From the NCBI GenBank assembly GCA_035084275.1, contig CM068750.1:9486001-9550000 (forward strand): 64,000 nt of DNA. Reading direction: 5' to 3'. The translations under genes were made by a program, and so were the position numbers. This DNA comes from Hydrolagus colliei (Eukaryota). The notes beneath the pieces are model-generated. The model saw only the letters and a program-made list of their open reading frames with translations, had not been told where the DNA came from and did not search any database. Each line of letters begins with the position of its first letter. Position 1 is the first letter of the stretch. Below, in pieces: positions 62,366 through 64,000 of this stretch.

Positions 62366-63114
62366 TTTTGCACAGGCCATCGCATTTGCTTGTCTCCATA
62401 TTTTTTAAGAGTGGGCAACCCAGCCAATGGGGTGAACTGTAAAATTCACTCAGTATTTAATCTGTTACAAATTAGGAACCTGTTTTTAATCTGTTAAAAT
62501 ACAGAATCTGGATTCTGCAGTAGTGACAGCACAACTTTCACTTGCCATTTCATAGGGTGATTTCACAGACAGGTTGTTAAAAATGTCAGTACTGGTATTC
62601 AGAGAAACAAAAAGGTGCTGAACTGATACCCAACTGTGCAGGAAGGAAGCTCAGTGCTGAATCTTCAATTATACAGTCATAGCAAGTAATCAACTCTTTC
62701 TGCTTAAGTTTTTTCCTGAAGTCCTCATGCCAACAACATTTCCTTTTTAAAAAAAATTTCAGCCACAAGATATTTTGTACTTGCTATTTTAGAATAGGTG
62801 ACATTCACTTCCTTTAGTATGGTGTTTAAAATGTAAAGATTGAATCTATGAAATGCTTTTTTTTCCTCCTAAAAATTCACTTATATAATGCCAGAATTCC
62901 AGCAGCTGACATATTCAACAACCTGTCTGTTAGCTGCTTGGACCTTTTTAGCAGAAAATTTAGCAACTTTGCAATTCGCCATGAACTGAGAGCTGCTGTT
63001 TGTGCAGCTGCTGATCAGAGGTACAGTAGTACAGTACAGTACACACATTATTAGCAGGCACACAGTTACACCTAAACATGCCAGTAAATGCTACTGCCCT
63101 TCAAACAAAACTCA

Positions 63115-63220
63115 CCCACAAAATACATACAGTCATATCACTTAATAGTATATTCTGCTAATCTCTTTGAGATGTTTTGATGACATGAAAAGTTGCTGTA
63201 TCAATGCAAGGATTTTTATT
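63115..63220 (+). mobile_element. SINE 3' fragment
   Basis: CCCACAAAATACATACAGTCATATCACTTAATAGTATATTCTG..TTTGAGATG..GACATGAAAAG..GCTGTATCAATGCAAGGATTTTTATT. Confidence 0.8.
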
Positions 63221-63488
63221 TCGTATATATTTTATGGAAATTAACTCTTATTCATACTGGTGTGTGTTCAGTAGTTACTGTATGTTGCCAATGTGAACAA
63301 GGGAATAATAGAATGCCCAGAGCTGGTAATTCTTATGTGTATAGAGATTATAAAACAAGACAAAACTTATTTGACAAAAACAAGAAATAAACATCTAGCA
63401 CTTTACTGCATAGTTAGTCAGAATATAGTAAGTGCGGGGTGGGTGTTATCTAACCTGATGGAGAGCAGATTGTATTTGCCCCAAGTGG

Positions 63489-63597
63489 GCCCACAAATAG
63501 ACAGTCATTTCACTTTACAGTATATTCTGTGAAGAACTTTGAGACGTCGAGAAGACATGAAAAGTGCTATATCAAAATGCAAGCACTATTTATTATT
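63489..63597 (+). mobile_element. SINE 3' fragment
   Basis: GCCCACAAATAGACAGTCATTTCACTTTACAGTATATTCTGTGAAGAACTTTGAGACGTCGAGAAGACATGAAAAGTGCTATATCAAAATGCAAG. Confidence 0.88.
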
Positions 63598-64000
63598 TTA
63601 GATGGTGCATATTATTTGCCAGAGTTATCCAATAAAAAAAGAGGCATGCACCTTTAAGTGTAAAAGTACCTTATTATGAGCACAGAATCGCATACCTACA
63701 TCATTACCATCCACGGTCAGGACAGCTTTAATTTGCAGTTGGTAATTTGTCACTAGAAGCTCACCATGATTAGTCTTCTTATTGCACCAGCAGTTTTTAA
63801 TGTGGTGTGAATTACCTGCTGGGCTTGTTTTTACCACCCATTCAAAAAAGAAAATGACTTACAACTCTGATTTAAATTAAACAGTGGAATACAAAAACAA
63901 AGAAGAAGGGGGTTGGGTGGGGGGAGGGAGAGAAGGAAAATCTCAAAAATCCTCATTTATATATATAAAAAAGAATGAAGGTCTTGACATGGTCAGAGTT

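Noticed and set aside
1-64000. CRISPR array, operons or other prokaryotic defence systems
   Set aside because: The sequence is vertebrate non-coding DNA. The recurring motifs are dispersed retroposon tails, not regularly spaced direct repeats.

Overview
AT-rich vertebrate genomic DNA with no recognisable intact protein-coding gene, rRNA, genuine tRNA gene or CRISPR array. The listed ORFs are chance ORFs or decayed transposon coding remnants. The repeat content points to a cartilaginous fish, probably a holocephalan (inference). It includes an abundant ~300 bp tRNA-headed SINE ending in TGCAAGGATTATTATT (2 near-full copies and about 11 3' fragments), older Deu-domain SINEs, L2 LINE 3' ends with (GTT)n tails, and many decayed CR1 LINE pieces. 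There are also remnants of PIF/Harbinger and probably hAT transposases, and possibly an LTR-element pol. Two long repeat-poor blocks (~15.1-27.5 kb and ~55.8-61.5 kb) carry developmental TF-motif clusters and look like a gene-desert or large-intron regulatory landscape. I found no convincing novel biological system. The best leads are a covarying 3' stem-loop shared by the SINE and two L2 tail types, the mosaic relationship between the Deu-SINE and the abundant SINE, and the candidate enhancer clusters. Repeat family assignments come from remembered consensus motifs, not database searches, and boundaries of decayed elements are approximate.
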